A stretch of DNA of 64,000 nt from Longimicrobiales bacterium (GCA_965116905.1 OZ220732.1:2400001-2464000); one strand, 5' to 3'; counted from the stretch's first letter, positions 1 through 10,449 are shown. The notes: generated from the letters alone by a model not told the origin. Numbers and translations: made by a program.

Positions 1-630
1 CCCGGTCCCGCGTTCGAAGACCCTGAGAGCGTCGGCTCCGGGATCTCCGACGATGAGCAGGCCTTCCCGAAGATCGAACCCTGGTGTGCCCGGCCCGCCG
101 GTCTGCGCGGGAACGCCGACCGTTCCGCTGGCTGTCCACCGGCCGTCGGACCCGCGGCGGAACGTGGCCAGAACGTTGCCGTCGTCACCTGCAGCGGCCA
201 CGGCAAGATCGCTGCCCGATGCGGCCAGGGACGTCCCGAACCCGCTCAGCCCGGGGCCGTCGAGGACCTGGACCGGGCGCGCGTCCCCGCGTTCCACATC
301 GTCGAGGCGGTACGCGAACACCTTGCCTCCGTCGATACCCTCTGCCCCCACGAGCAGCATGTCGCCCGCTCGCGCGAGTGCCGTGCCGAACCCGTCCCGT
401 ACCTGCGGTTCCGGAGCCCGCAGCGTGGCGACGACCGTCCATTCGCCGTCGTCGGCGTATACCCGAACCGTTCCCGGATCACGCTCGTGGGCGGCTTCGC
501 CGACGTAGACGCGTCCGTCGGCCACCAGTACGGCGCCACCGAAGGCCTGGGCCGCCACCGGCGCGGGAACGATCAGACAGCATGCTGTCAGGACAAGGAG
601 CGGGTTGACGTGCGATTGCCGAATCCTCAC
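1..630 (-). CDS. Secreted FG-GAP-repeat protein, probable choice-of-anchor B family; N-terminal part, runs off left edge
   Basis: Manual translation from GTG 630 (GAGGA upstream): MRIRQSHVNPLLVLTACCLIVPAPVAAQAFGGAVLV...DGFGTALA...LLVGA...GFGTSLA; open to base 1; resembles the N-terminus of 34987..37428. Confidence 0.7.
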   Translation of the reverse strand, partial: MRIRQSHVNPLLVLTACCLIVPAPVAAQAFGGAVLVADGRVYVGEAAHERDPGTVRVYADDGEWTVVATLRAPEPQVRDGFGTALARAGDMLLVGAEGIDGGKVFAYRLDDVERGDARPVQVLDGPGLSGFGTSLAASGSDLAVAAAGDDGNVLATFRRGSDGRWTASGTVGVPAQTGGPGTPGFDLREGLLIVGDPGADALRVFERGTG

Positions 631-707
631 GGGAATCCTCCGCTTTTGGGGTTTGGAGACGAATGCGGAATCTACTCGACTCGCCGGTGGTTCACGAGAT
701 GCACGCA

Positions 708-751
708 GTGCGGACGAACGACAAACCGGGTGCGGACGAACGACAAACCAG
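708..751. repeat. 22-bp tandem duplication GTGCGGACGAACGACAAACC(G/A)G x2
   Basis: Read directly at 708-729 and 730-751. Confidence 0.9.
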
Positions 752-779
752 CAGTACCGCCAGCGCCGGCAACGCCACG

Positions 780-1634
780 CTACGACCGGCCGCGCTCATG
801 AATCAGCTCCGCGGCCATCCCCGGGAGCTGGTCCGGGCCGACGAGCGCCCTGAGCCCATCGGTGAGCTCACGGAAGGGGATGTGCCGCTCGCGCAGGCGT
901 GCAGCGTCGCTCCCGACATCGCCCGTCCGGAGCGCGAGGTGGTCCAGACCCTCTCCCCGCTCCCGCAGAAATCGCCCCGCCCTCGACCCGGGGTTCCGGC
1001 TTTCCACAAGCTGCAGCGAGCATCGGTTGTCGAAGTGGATGTGCGCCCTGCGCATCGCCAGCCTCTCGTCCGCCGTAAAGTCCTCCGCCACGAGGCCGAA
1101 GTACTGCTCGAAGCGCCGGCAGGCGTCGTCCAGGTCGTGCACGCAAAGGCCGATGTGGTGCAGACTCGACACCTTCAAGGAGTTGCTCACGGGCTCGCCG
1201 ACGGCTTCGGGCGGATAGTACCAGCTGCGTTCGTGTGACTGGATGAGCTCCACGGTCAACCCGGGAAGCTTGTCCGGGAATACGAATGCTTCGTACCCGT
1301 CGTTGGCGTCGAGGATCCGGTTCTCCCATACGCCGACCCCGATCTCACGGAGATGCGCGACGTCGGCCTCGATGTCGTCGGTCTCGATGCAGATGTGCTC
1401 CAGCCCCTCGCCGCGCTCGCGCAGGAACCGGTTAACCCGCGATTCGGGATTCCAGTTCTGCACCAGGTGCAGCCAGCACTCGTTGCCGAGCAGGATGCGC
1501 GCGTCGAGTTGCATGCCCTGGCCCTGATCGTCGCGGAAGTCGCGCGCAGGGAGGCCCAGGGCGCGCTCGAAGGAGTTGCAGGCGGAGCCCAGGTCGTGCA
1601 CCACCATTCCGATGTGCTGCATCCGGAGGATCAT
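780..1634 (-). CDS. VOC-superfamily protein with two tandem methylmalonyl-CoA-epimerase-like domains
   Basis: HIGxxVHDL ... FLRERGEGL(E/D)H(I/L) ... ELI motif set occurs twice. Confidence 0.8.
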   Translation of the reverse strand: MILRMQHIGMVVHDLGSACNSFERALGLPARDFRDDQGQGMQLDARILLGNECWLHLVQNWNPESRVNRFLRERGEGLEHICIETDDIEADVAHLREIGVGVWENRILDANDGYEAFVFPDKLPGLTVELIQSHERSWYYPPEAVGEPVSNSLKVSSLHHIGLCVHDLDDACRRFEQYFGLVAEDFTADERLAMRRAHIHFDNRCSLQLVESRNPGSRAGRFLRERGEGLDHLALRTGDVGSDAARLRERHIPFRELTDGLRALVGPDQLPGMAAELIHERGRS

Positions 1635-2917
1635 CGCGCCGTCACGGGTTCGTTACGATACACTCTGCCCGCGCGCATCACGAAGACGACCCTCGCGAGA
1701 GCCCCGATGTCGCTGGACGGGTCGCCCTCGACCCCAATTAAATCGGCCTCGAATCCTTCGGCAACGGTGCCGATCGTGTCGTCGAGTTCCAGCGACTCGG
1801 CCGCCAGGCTTGTCGCGGAGACGATGGCGGCCATCGCGTCCTGCCCGCCGTGCTCGACCCGGTAGACGAGTTCCTTCCAGTTGTGACCGTGTGCGCCGGC
1901 GACCGCGTCCGTTCCGAAAACCGTTTGCAGACCCGGCACCGTCAGCGCCTCGCGGAACGTTGCAAGCGCCACCGGAACCGCGGCGTCCATCTGCGCGAAG
2001 CCTTCCGCCGTGTAGTTGCCGATTCCCAGGTATCGCTCCGCGTTGGTGAAGTAGTTGTCGAAGATGAGATGAATGTGCGGGTCATAGTAGAGGCCGCGCT
2101 CTGCGAGGATTTCGAGGGTGGGACGGTCGAGCAGCGCCCCGTGCTCGATCTGGGCGCAGCCGGCAAGGGCCGCGCGGCGGGCGCTCTCGGGACCGTGTGC
2201 GTGGGCGACGGCCCTCAGGCCATGCTCGCGTGCCCGGCCGCAGGCCGCGTCGAGCTGCTCCTGGCTCAGCGTCGGGCCGCCGCCGACCCGAATGCTCTCC
2301 GAGGCGAAGATCTTGATCACGTCCGCGCCGGCGGCCGCGACCTCGTCGACGTGTTGGCGGATGTCGTCCGGGCCGCCGGTGCCCGCCGTGACCGGGCGGA
2401 TCGAGGTCAGCACGCGCGGGCCGGGCAGTGAGCCGCCGGCGATGGCGTCGCGGATCGGCACGTCCTCTGTCCCGCCCAGGCTTTGCACGGTCGTGACGCC
2501 GCTCCGGAGCATGTTCCAGGCGTTTTCGGCCGCGTAGAGGACCTGTTCCTCCGGTGTGTCGGTCGAGGCGCTGGAGTGAAGCCGGTCGGTCTCGCGGTCG
2601 AAGTGCCATCCGAGGTGAACGTGCGTGTCGATCAGCCCGGGGAGCAGGGTCGTGCCGGAGAGGTCGTAGACGAGAGCGCCAGCGGTGGATCCGGCCGTTG
2701 TTACGGCTTCGATGCGGCTCCCGCGTACGACGACTTCGTGGCCGCTGACGGATCCGCCCCGGCCGTCCAGGATGCGGTCGGGGCGGAGCACGATTGGGGC
2801 TTCGGTGTCCCCGGCCGCTGACCTGCCGGCTTCGGCCGTGCCCGATGAGCCATTGCGCGGCTCGCCGCTACAGGCAAGAAGCGCGAGCAGCGCACCCGTT
2901 GTGGTGGCCTTGATCAT
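1631..2917 (-). CDS. Metal-dependent amidohydrolase (Xaa-Pro dipeptidase-like), lipoprotein
   Basis: PGLIDTHVH, IKIF, AHAHG, IEHG, GTDA motifs; LLAC lipobox. Confidence 0.85.
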   Translation of the reverse strand: MIKATTTGALLALLACSGEPRNGSSGTAEAGRSAAGDTEAPIVLRPDRILDGRGGSVSGHEVVVRGSRIEAVTTAGSTAGALVYDLSGTTLLPGLIDTHVHLGWHFDRETDRLHSSASTDTPEEQVLYAAENAWNMLRSGVTTVQSLGGTEDVPIRDAIAGGSLPGPRVLTSIRPVTAGTGGPDDIRQHVDEVAAAGADVIKIFASESIRVGGGPTLSQEQLDAACGRAREHGLRAVAHAHGPESARRAALAGCAQIEHGALLDRPTLEILAERGLYYDPHIHLIFDNYFTNAERYLGIGNYTAEGFAQMDAAVPVALATFREALTVPGLQTVFGTDAVAGAHGHNWKELVYRVEHGGQDAMAAIVSATSLAAESLELDDTIGTVAEGFEADLIGVEGDPSSDIGALARVVFVMRAGRVYRNEPVTAR

Positions 2918-2941
2918 GAGTTTTGCCTTCCTCCTGTCTGG

Positions 2942-5900
2942 TTACAACCGCCCCTCCACGCATTCATCCAGCACCTCCACAAGGTGCCTTGCCCGCCGAC
3001 CGGTCCCCGCGCGGATCTGGGCGCGGCAACTGAAACCGTTGGCGATCACGGTATCCTCCGGGGCGGCGGCGCGCAGGGCGGGGAACAGGCCCAATTCGCC
3101 CATTGCGCGGGAGGTAGGCAGGTGTTTCGCCGTGTACCCGAAGGAGCCGGCCATCCCGCAGCAGCTGGACTCAACGGGCGCGCCTGGCATGCCCGCGAGC
3201 GCCACGAGTGCCTCGCCCGTGGCCGACGCGGTGCCCGCGGCCTTCTGGTGGCAGTGTCCATGGACATGAATAGTGGCGTCTTGCACGGATTGTGTGGTAG
3301 GGTTGCCCGCGCGCCCGGCAAGGAACTCGTCCACCAGGAACGCATGTTCCGCGACCGCGCGAGCGTCGTCGTCGGCCAGCAAGTGCAGCGCCTCGTCGCG
3401 CAGCGTCAGCAGACATGAGGGCTCCAGGCCCACGATGGGAACACCGCGCCGGGCCAGCGGGGCCAAAGCGCGGACCGTGCGCTTCAGCTCGGCACGCGCA
3501 TGATCGAGCATACCCGCACTGATATAGGTCCGGCCGCAGCACAGAGGTCGGCGGTGGCGCCGCGGGTGCCGCGGGTGCCGTGGGTGTCCGGGCCTTCGTG
3601 CAGGGATCGGCGGAGTCGCCGAGAACGGCTCGTATCCCAGTCGCCGCAACACCGAAAGGGCGGCCCGTGCCACGTTCGGGTCAAAATACCTGGAGAATGT
3701 GTCCACAAAGAGCAGGACAGCGGATCCGACACCTGCGTCAGGTGGCAATGGATCCAGGGATGTGGACAGATTATCATTAGATTCTGTCACATCCAGTTCG
3801 GCCTCCCGAAACGGTCGCCTGTGCCATTCCGGCAGTTCGCTCGCCGCCGCGATGCCCAGCGCCCGCTCACCGAGCCACCGCAACACCCCACTCCGGTTCC
3901 GCAGGTTGAGCAGCGGGGCGAGGCGGGTCCCGACCGGTGCGAGCCGGGGCAGGGAAGCGAAGAGACGGTCTCGCAGGGGAATACCGCGTCGCGCGTTCCT
4001 GAGGTGGAGGACCTCGGCCTTCATCCTGGCCATGTCGACCCCCGCCGGGCACTCGCGCTTGCAGGCCTTGCAGCTCACGCAGAGTTCGAGAACCTCGGCG
4101 ACCTCATCCCCCTCCAGGCCCTCCGGCCCCAGCTGACCCGTCAGTGCCAGACGGAGCACGTTGGCGCGGCCGCGGGTCGTGTCCACCTCCTCGCGGGTGA
4201 CGCGGTACGAGGGGCACATGACGTCGGGGTTCATCTTTCGGCAGGCGCCGTTGTTGTTGCAGGCCTCGACGGCGCGCGCGAAGCCGCCGTTGGCGGACCA
4301 GTCCATCGCGAGCGGAAGTGGCTTTGCCCCGTAGTTCGGCCCGTAGCGGAACAGCTCGCGGTCGTCCATGCGGGGGGCGCCGACGATCTTCCCCGGATTC
4401 ATCATGCCGGCGGGATCGAGCGTGTCCTTCACCTCGGCGAACGCCCGCGCCAGCCGGCCGCCCAGCATCGGCTCGATGAACTCGGAGCGCAGGATGCCGT
4501 CGCCGTGTTCGCCCGAGTGGGATCCTCCCAGGCGCACGGCAAGGCGCAACACCTCGTCGCCGATGGAGCGAAACGCCTCGACGTCGGACGGATCCTTCAT
4601 GTTCAGCGACGGACGCACGTGGAGCAGGCCCACCGAGGCATGCGCGTACCAGGTGCTGCCGGTTCCGTGGCGCGCAAAGATGTCCTCGACGGCGGCTCCG
4701 AAGTCGGCCAGCGCGGGGAGCGGTATCGCGCAGTCCTCGACGATCGAGACCGGCTTCCGATCGCCCTTCATGGACATCACGATGTTCAGCCCCGCGCGGC
4801 GCACGGCCCAGATCGCCGCCTGTTCGGCGCGGTCCTCGGCGCGCGCGACCTCGCGGCCCGGCCCCGTGCCGTGCACCACCTCCTCCAGGCGGCCGAGCTT
4901 GTGCGACAGCCCCGCTTCGTCGTCCCCCGCGAACTCGACCAGCAGCACGCTGTGCGCGCTGGCGGGGATCAGGGCCTCCACCGTCGAGCGGAAGGCCGCG
5001 TTGTCGCGCGCAAGGCGGGTCAGCGTGTCGTCCACCAGTTCGACCGCGTGCGGGTCCAGTTCGACGATGTGCTGGACGGCGTCCAGCGCCTCGAGCAGCG
5101 ACGGGAACCCGCACACCCCCAGGACTCGGCGCCGCGGCCTCCGCGCCAGCTTGACCGTGAGCTGCCGGAAGAAGGCAAGAGTGCCCTCGGACCCGACGAG
5201 CACCTCGGCCATCGACGCATCCGGGTTGAGGAGCCTGTGGAGATTGTATCCGGCCACGTGCCGGAGCACCCTCGGAACGCGAGCCCGCAGCTCGTCGGCC
5301 TCGCGGGCGGCAATCGCGCGGATTCGCTCGGCCAGGCGACGGGCGTCGGCCTGCCGGGTAGCGGTGGGGGCGGCGGCCAGCCGGGTGTCGGCGGGGGCGC
5401 CGCTGGTGGGGGCGGCGGTCCGCGCGCCGGGCCCGAAGTCCACGATTCTCCCGTCCGCCAGCGCCGCCTCGATCGCGATCACGTTGTCGGCCATGATCCC
5501 GTACCGGATCGAGCGCGCGCCGCCGCTGTTGTTGCCCGCCATGCCGCCCAGCGTTGCCCGGCTCGCGGTTGCCACGTCGACCGGGAAGAAGAGGCCCGTC
5601 GGGGCGAGGTCGCGGTTGAGCTGGTCGAGCACCACGCCGGGTTCGACTCGGGCCGTGCGCGCCTGGTGGTCGACGGCGAGGATGCGGTCGAGGTGCCGTG
5701 AGGTGTCGATCACCAGGGCGCGGCCGACCGTCTGTCCGCACTGGGAGGTGCCCGCGCCGCGGGGGAGCACCGGGACGCCTTCCTCACGCGCGATGGTCAT
5801 CGCCGCGTCCACGTCGTCCAGGGAGCGCGGAAAGACGACGCCGAGCGGTCTGATCTGGTAGATGGAGGCGTCGGTGGCGTAGAGGGCCCGGGTCAGCGCA

Positions 5901-5977
5901 TCAAAGCGTACGTCGCCCTCGATGTGCCGACGGAGGCGGTCGGCGAGGGAACCTGCAACAGACTGCCGAGTGCGCAA
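2942..5977 (-). CDS. FAD-linked / 4Fe-4S oxidoreductase (GlcD-GlcF/YdiJ-like fusion)
   Basis: YATDASIY, PRGAGTS, GSEGTL, SGEHGDG, CNNNGAC, CVSCKACKREC, CCG domains. Confidence 0.88.
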   Translation of the reverse strand: MRTRQSVAGSLADRLRRHIEGDVRFDALTRALYATDASIYQIRPLGVVFPRSLDDVDAAMTIAREEGVPVLPRGAGTSQCGQTVGRALVIDTSRHLDRILAVDHQARTARVEPGVVLDQLNRDLAPTGLFFPVDVATASRATLGGMAGNNSGGARSIRYGIMADNVIAIEAALADGRIVDFGPGARTAAPTSGAPADTRLAAAPTATRQADARRLAERIRAIAAREADELRARVPRVLRHVAGYNLHRLLNPDASMAEVLVGSEGTLAFFRQLTVKLARRPRRRVLGVCGFPSLLEALDAVQHIVELDPHAVELVDDTLTRLARDNAAFRSTVEALIPASAHSVLLVEFAGDDEAGLSHKLGRLEEVVHGTGPGREVARAEDRAEQAAIWAVRRAGLNIVMSMKGDRKPVSIVEDCAIPLPALADFGAAVEDIFARHGTGSTWYAHASVGLLHVRPSLNMKDPSDVEAFRSIGDEVLRLAVRLGGSHSGEHGDGILRSEFIEPMLGGRLARAFAEVKDTLDPAGMMNPGKIVGAPRMDDRELFRYGPNYGAKPLPLAMDWSANGGFARAVEACNNNGACRKMNPDVMCPSYRVTREEVDTTRGRANVLRLALTGQLGPEGLEGDEVAEVLELCVSCKACKRECPAGVDMARMKAEVLHLRNARRGIPLRDRLFASLPRLAPVGTRLAPLLNLRNRSGVLRWLGERALGIAAASELPEWHRRPFREAELDVTESNDNLSTSLDPLPPDAGVGSAVLLFVDTFSRYFDPNVARAALSVLRRLGYEPFSATPPIPARRPGHPRHPRHPRRHRRPLCCGRTYISAGMLDHARAELKRTVRALAPLARRGVPIVGLEPSCLLTLRDEALHLLADDDARAVAEHAFLVDEFLAGRAGNPTTQSVQDATIHVHGHCHQKAAGTASATGEALVALAGMPGAPVESSCCGMAGSFGYTAKHLPTSRAMGELGLFPALRAAAPEDTVIANGFSCRAQIRAGTGRRARHLVEVLDECVEGRL
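3559..3585. repeat. In-frame 9-bp tandem repeat x3 (HPR repeats in the oxidoreductase)
   Basis: GCCGCGGGT GCCGCGGGT GCCGTGGGT; protein GHPRHPRHPRRH. Confidence 0.8.
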
Positions 5978-6158
5978 GGGGGGTACTCCGCTCGTCGGGT
6001 GGACGATGGGAGCGCTAAATCTACGCGGCTTCCGGCCGGTTCACGATGGCGGGTGGCTTCCCGGTGACCGGGCCGGAGCCCGCGCCCGCGTGCGGACGGG
6101 GCCCCGGCCCTGCCAGCCCGCGGACAAAACCCCCCGGCACGGACTGGCGGCGCAATTG

Positions 6159-7412
6159 TCAGGGAATGTTCGGGTTGTTGTTCTTCTCCAGCAGCGGCAG
6201 CGGCAGGCAGGTCGTGTTCCCGTAGAATCCGCCCTTCGGCCCCGAACCCTCCTGGAAGACCACGCCCGCAGCGGGCGTGAAGGGCAGATTCAGGCGGATC
6301 TTGTCATAGAAATGATGGCCCTCGAGAAACAGTTCCCGGTTGCGCTCCTGGATCAGCTGCTCCCGTATCTCGGCATCACTTCCCCCGGGGAACGCCGGCA
6401 ACCCGGCCGCGGCGTGCAGTTCGTTGATGATGTCCACCGCCGTCTGGCCCCCCGCGGCCTCGGCCATGATCAGTTGCGCTTCGGCGTAGCGGGCGATCGG
6501 CATCGGGCTGTCCTGGGCCGGGTATTTCTGCTGCGTCCAAAGTGGGGTCAGGTCGTCCGAGGCGGCTGTGCGGCCCTGGTCGACCAACGTAACCCGGGGA
6601 TCGGGCGTTCCCATGTACTCGAGGTTCCAGAAGACGCGCTCCACACTCATGCGCTCGTCGCGATTGTTCAGTGTCCAGATGCGGTTGGAAGACCGGAAGG
6701 ACGCGGCGCTGAAGCGCGCGTTCCGGACGAATCCCGCGGGCACCTGTGCCGCGTCCGAGGCTGCGCCCGAAGTGTTCCCCTGGTTCAGGCGGGCCCGGGC
6801 GCGGCCCACCATGGCCATGTTCGTGATGTCCGCGGGTCCGCCGCCGCTGGCGGCCATGGTGAACTTCTCCTCGGCCATGGCGAACATCTGTTGCGAGGTG
6901 AGTTCCGGCCCACCGTCCACGGCCGCCGAGCACATGGCCTCTCCGAGGAGCAGGTGGGCGTACCCGGAATAGGCCGCCGAGGTGGCCGTGAGCTCCGCGT
7001 CCCCGACTTCCTGTGAAACGCCGAGCGCGTTGTCCGCCGCCCAGCGCGCGGTGGACAGCGTCGTGTACACGCCGGGGTCGGCGTCCGCACACGTGAAGCT
7101 CGCGTAGACGCCGCCCGCTTCCTCGAAGCTGCGCCGGTCGTAGGGCCACATGCGTGCCGCGAGCTGGCCGTCCACCAATTCGTTGCCCATCAGGCCCCCG
7201 GCCGCGACCCATTCGCTGAAGGCGCACTCGAAGTCCGCGACCGCGCTGGCGACCAGCAGCGGCGCATTGTCGGGGTTGGCCAGATCGTCGGCTCTGACCC
7301 GGCTCGGAGCGTCGATCTCCAGCAGGGTGTCGCAAGCCGCCAGCGGAACCGCCAGCAGGAGCGCTACGCCTGCAAGTAACCGGTATTTGATCGTGTATTT
7401 CATTGTTCTCAT
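6159..7412 (-). CDS. RagB/SusD-family outer-membrane lipoprotein
   Basis: LAAC lipobox; RYAEAQLIMAEA and ERNRELFLEGHHFYD motifs; directly downstream of SusC. Confidence 0.88.
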   Translation of the reverse strand: MRTMKYTIKYRLLAGVALLLAVPLAACDTLLEIDAPSRVRADDLANPDNAPLLVASAVADFECAFSEWVAAGGLMGNELVDGQLAARMWPYDRRSFEEAGGVYASFTCADADPGVYTTLSTARWAADNALGVSQEVGDAELTATSAAYSGYAHLLLGEAMCSAAVDGGPELTSQQMFAMAEEKFTMAASGGGPADITNMAMVGRARARLNQGNTSGAASDAAQVPAGFVRNARFSAASFRSSNRIWTLNNRDERMSVERVFWNLEYMGTPDPRVTLVDQGRTAASDDLTPLWTQQKYPAQDSPMPIARYAEAQLIMAEAAGGQTAVDIINELHAAAGLPAFPGGSDAEIREQLIQERNRELFLEGHHFYDKIRLNLPFTPAAGVVFQEGSGPKGGFYGNTTCLPLPLLEKNNNPNIP

Positions 7413-7422
7413 CCTCCCGGTC

Positions 7423-10400
7423 TCAGAACGACAGGTTCAGCGTCGCGGTGACCTGATTGAGCTGCGGCGTGTTGTCCTGCTCCAGGAGCGTGTAGCCGAA
7501 CTCGACGAACGACGCCTCGGGATCGAGGCCGGTGTAGTTGGTCCATGTCATCAGATTGCGAGCGGTAAGGGTCAGGGTGCCCCGTGACGCACCGAAGGGG
7601 TCGACCAGCCGCCCGGGCAGGTTCACGCTCGCCGAGACCTCGCGCAGCTTGGCGAAGCTGCCGTCCGTGAAGATGAAGGATCTGAGCGGACTGCCGGATT
7701 GGATCTCGGCGATGCGCGCCGGATCGTACTGCTCGGGGAAGAAGTTCTCGTGGCACTGGTTGAAGACCTGACAGCGCGCCCTGAGGTTGTTGTCGAACTT
7801 CGTGAAGCCGGTCTTCCAGTCGACGAGCGCGTAGATGCGCACCCTGTCGAACAGGGTGAGCGTGGTCCCCAGCGAGCCTTCCAGGTCCGGCGTCACATGC
7901 CCGAGATAGAGGCGCGGAGCAATCGCGCAGGGGACCGGCGGCCCCCCGAGTTCCAGCGGCGTTCCGTCGGGCAGCGTCTTCCCGTTGGGGTCCCCGCCAT
8001 CGCACATGGGATCGACGGCGCGCGCGGTCGGCCCGGTTCCCATCAGCGTCGCGCCGACCACCTTGCGGCGGAACCAGGACGCCACCGGAAAGCCGGGCAC
8101 GCGCCGCTGGCTGCCGGCCCCGATGAAGCCCGTGCCCTGGTCGATGCCCCCGAGGTCGATGATCTCGTTGTTGTTTGTCGCGAGGTTCAGGGCCAGGTCG
8201 AGGCCGATCGCGCTGGACTGGTACGCGAGCGCGCTCACCTGCACCTCGAAGCCCTGGTTCCGGATCTCGCCGGCGTTGACGAACTGGCTTCCCGGGAACC
8301 CGAGGGACGGCGGGAGATTGCGTGACAGGATCGCGTCCTGGGTGCGGGTGTTGTAGTAGGTGAAGTCGATGCCAAGGCGGCTGTCGAACAGTCCGGCTTC
8401 GAAGCCGATCTCCACCTCCGAGCCCTTTTCCGGCTCGAGGGCGTCGTTGCCGATGAACTGCGGCGTAACCGCCGCGATGCCGCCGCCGCCCGTCACCGGG
8501 GCGAAAGTACGAAGCGCGGCGTAGTCGGCCGGCTGCTGTCCGGACATGCCGAAGGCGGACCGCAGTCTGAATTCGCTGACCCCGGGGAGGCTGAAGAAGT
8601 CCTCCTCGCCAAGCACCCAGGAAATGCTCGCCTTGGGATAGACGACAAAGTCGTAGTCCTTGCCGAAGGCGCTATTGTCGTCTCCCCGGATGGCCGCCGT
8701 CAGGAACAGGCGGTCACCGACCTCGATGCGCTCCTGCACAAAGAGACCCACCGTGCTGTTCTCGACGAAGTCCTCACCGCCGAACGTCTGTGCCAGCGCA
8801 TCTACGACCGTGAGTCCCGGGGCCGGAAAGTTGTTCCCCTCGGTTACCAGGAACTCGGTGAAGCGGCGATAGTATTGCGCGCCCCCGGTCGTAGCGGAGC
8901 GGATCGAACTCGTGATGTCAAACGAAGCGGTGGCACTGTAGTCGAAGGTCGTGTTCTCGACATCCCGCGACTGCACGAACTTGCCGCCGCGCGCGGTGTT
9001 GGCCCCGAAGAACTGAGAGATTTCCGGGGGCATTCGCTCCCATAGCTGCATGTTGTCTTCGAAGACGCGGTCCTGGCCGACGTTCAGCCGCTGACTGAGC
9101 CACGACGTGGGCCGGTGGTTGGCCGAGAGGCTCAGGGTGAAGCGCTCCGTGTCCTGCCAGAACTTGAACGCTTCTGAAATGACTTCCGGCGGATAGCTGA
9201 TGAAGCCGCGGAAGCGAGTATCCCGGTTGCCCGGCAGGGCGAACATCGTGGCCCACATGCGCCCTCCGCAGCCCGCCTCGCAGGCGAGGTTCGTCCGCCC
9301 CTGATTGTACCCGATCGATGCAGTCAGGTCGTAGCTCGGATCGGTGGACAACGTGATGTTGCTGCGGGTACTCAGCCGCCACAGGCTGTTGGTGGGCTCG
9401 ATCCCCTCATTGAACTCCAGATCGGCCCCGAGGTAGTAGCGGACATCATCGGTCCCACCGCGCACATTGGCGCCGTAGCTCTGGAGGTGTCCGGTGTCGA
9501 AGATGGTGTTGCCGAGCGCGCGTTCCGACTCGAAAAGGTTGTGTTGATACGGTTCGCCGGTCACCGGATCGAATCCCCAGTTGGGCTCGATCCGGGTCTC
9601 AGCGTTGTGGAACCAGTTGGCGCCCTGGCGAATGGTGATCCCCCATTCCGGTGCCCCCGACCGCCCCTTCTTGGTGAGGATCTGGATCACGCCGTTCGCC
9701 GCTTCCGTACCGTAGAGGGTCGCGGCCGCCGGTCCCTTGATGATCTCGATGCTCTCGATATCCTCGGGGTTGACGTCGTTCAGACGATTCACGACGCCCG
9801 ATCCGAATCCCTGGATCGAAATCCCCGTGCCCACCCCATTGTCGAGGCGGACGCCGTCGACATAGATCAGCGGCTGCGTGTTCAGCGAGAAGCTGGAAGC
9901 GCCGCGGATCCGGATCGTCGGCCCGCTTCCCACCATGCCCGTACCGGGTGTAACGACGACGCCGGGTGCGCGCCCGTTAATGAGCTGGCTGACGTCGGGC
10001 GTGGGCGCCAGCGCCACCTGGTCGCCGGCGTTGATGGTCGCGATTGCCGTGCCCACGGCGCGCCGTTCGACCGCACCCGCAGTACCCGTGACCACGATCG
10101 CGTCCAGGTTGATGGCGGTCGCTACAAGTTCGAAGCGGATGCCATCGGCCGGCGCCGTGACCGTCTGCTGTTCCGCGCGGTATCCGAGACTGACCACGCG
10201 GATGGTGAGTTCCCCGGCCTGTACAGCCAGTCGGAAGGCACCCTGGGAGTTGGTGAGCGTTCCGGACGTGGTGCCTTCGACAAAGACCTGTGCATTGGCG
10301 ACCGGAGCGCCCTGTTCGTTAACGACCGTTCCCGAAACGGTCGCCTCCTGAGCGGCGATGGGGCCGCTCCCGAGTGCGCTTGCCGCCAGCACCAACGCCG

Positions 10401-10449
10401 CTGCTGCGCACCTGCGAATCCGCCCGCGCGGATTCCTCGATTCCTGCAT
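7423..10449 (-). CDS. SusC/RagA-family TonB-dependent receptor
   Basis: IRIRG, PLIYVDGV, DIESIEIIKGPAAATLYGTEAANGVIQI plug signature, C-terminal F; ATG 10449 with AGGAGG. Confidence 0.93.
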   Translation of the reverse strand: MQESRNPRGRIRRCAAAALVLAASALGSGPIAAQEATVSGTVVNEQGAPVANAQVFVEGTTSGTLTNSQGAFRLAVQAGELTIRVVSLGYRAEQQTVTAPADGIRFELVATAINLDAIVVTGTAGAVERRAVGTAIATINAGDQVALAPTPDVSQLINGRAPGVVVTPGTGMVGSGPTIRIRGASSFSLNTQPLIYVDGVRLDNGVGTGISIQGFGSGVVNRLNDVNPEDIESIEIIKGPAAATLYGTEAANGVIQILTKKGRSGAPEWGITIRQGANWFHNAETRIEPNWGFDPVTGEPYQHNLFESERALGNTIFDTGHLQSYGANVRGGTDDVRYYLGADLEFNEGIEPTNSLWRLSTRSNITLSTDPSYDLTASIGYNQGRTNLACEAGCGGRMWATMFALPGNRDTRFRGFISYPPEVISEAFKFWQDTERFTLSLSANHRPTSWLSQRLNVGQDRVFEDNMQLWERMPPEISQFFGANTARGGKFVQSRDVENTTFDYSATASFDITSSIRSATTGGAQYYRRFTEFLVTEGNNFPAPGLTVVDALAQTFGGEDFVENSTVGLFVQERIEVGDRLFLTAAIRGDDNSAFGKDYDFVVYPKASISWVLGEEDFFSLPGVSEFRLRSAFGMSGQQPADYAALRTFAPVTGGGGIAAVTPQFIGNDALEPEKGSEVEIGFEAGLFDSRLGIDFTYYNTRTQDAILSRNLPPSLGFPGSQFVNAGEIRNQGFEVQVSALAYQSSAIGLDLALNLATNNNEIIDLGGIDQGTGFIGAGSQRRVPGFPVASWFRRKVVGATLMGTGPTARAVDPMCDGGDPNGKTLPDGTPLELGGPPVPCAIAPRLYLGHVTPDLEGSLGTTLTLFDRVRIYALVDWKTGFTKFDNNLRARCQVFNQCHENFFPEQYDPARIAEIQSGSPLRSFIFTDGSFAKLREVSASVNLPGRLVDPFGASRGTLTLTARNLMTWTNYTGLDPEASFVEFGYTLLEQDNTPQLNQVTATLNLSF

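Noticed and set aside
3500..5701. Long alternative-frame ORFs (also 9487..11424, 48317..50677, 53816..55522, upstream part of 37516..39492)
   Set aside because: Stop-poor shadow frames typical of high-GC DNA; they overlap motif-supported genes and show no family motifs
6070..6150. GC-rich hairpins downstream of susD as an intrinsic terminator
   Set aside because: Stems are imperfect and lack a convincing adjacent U-tract
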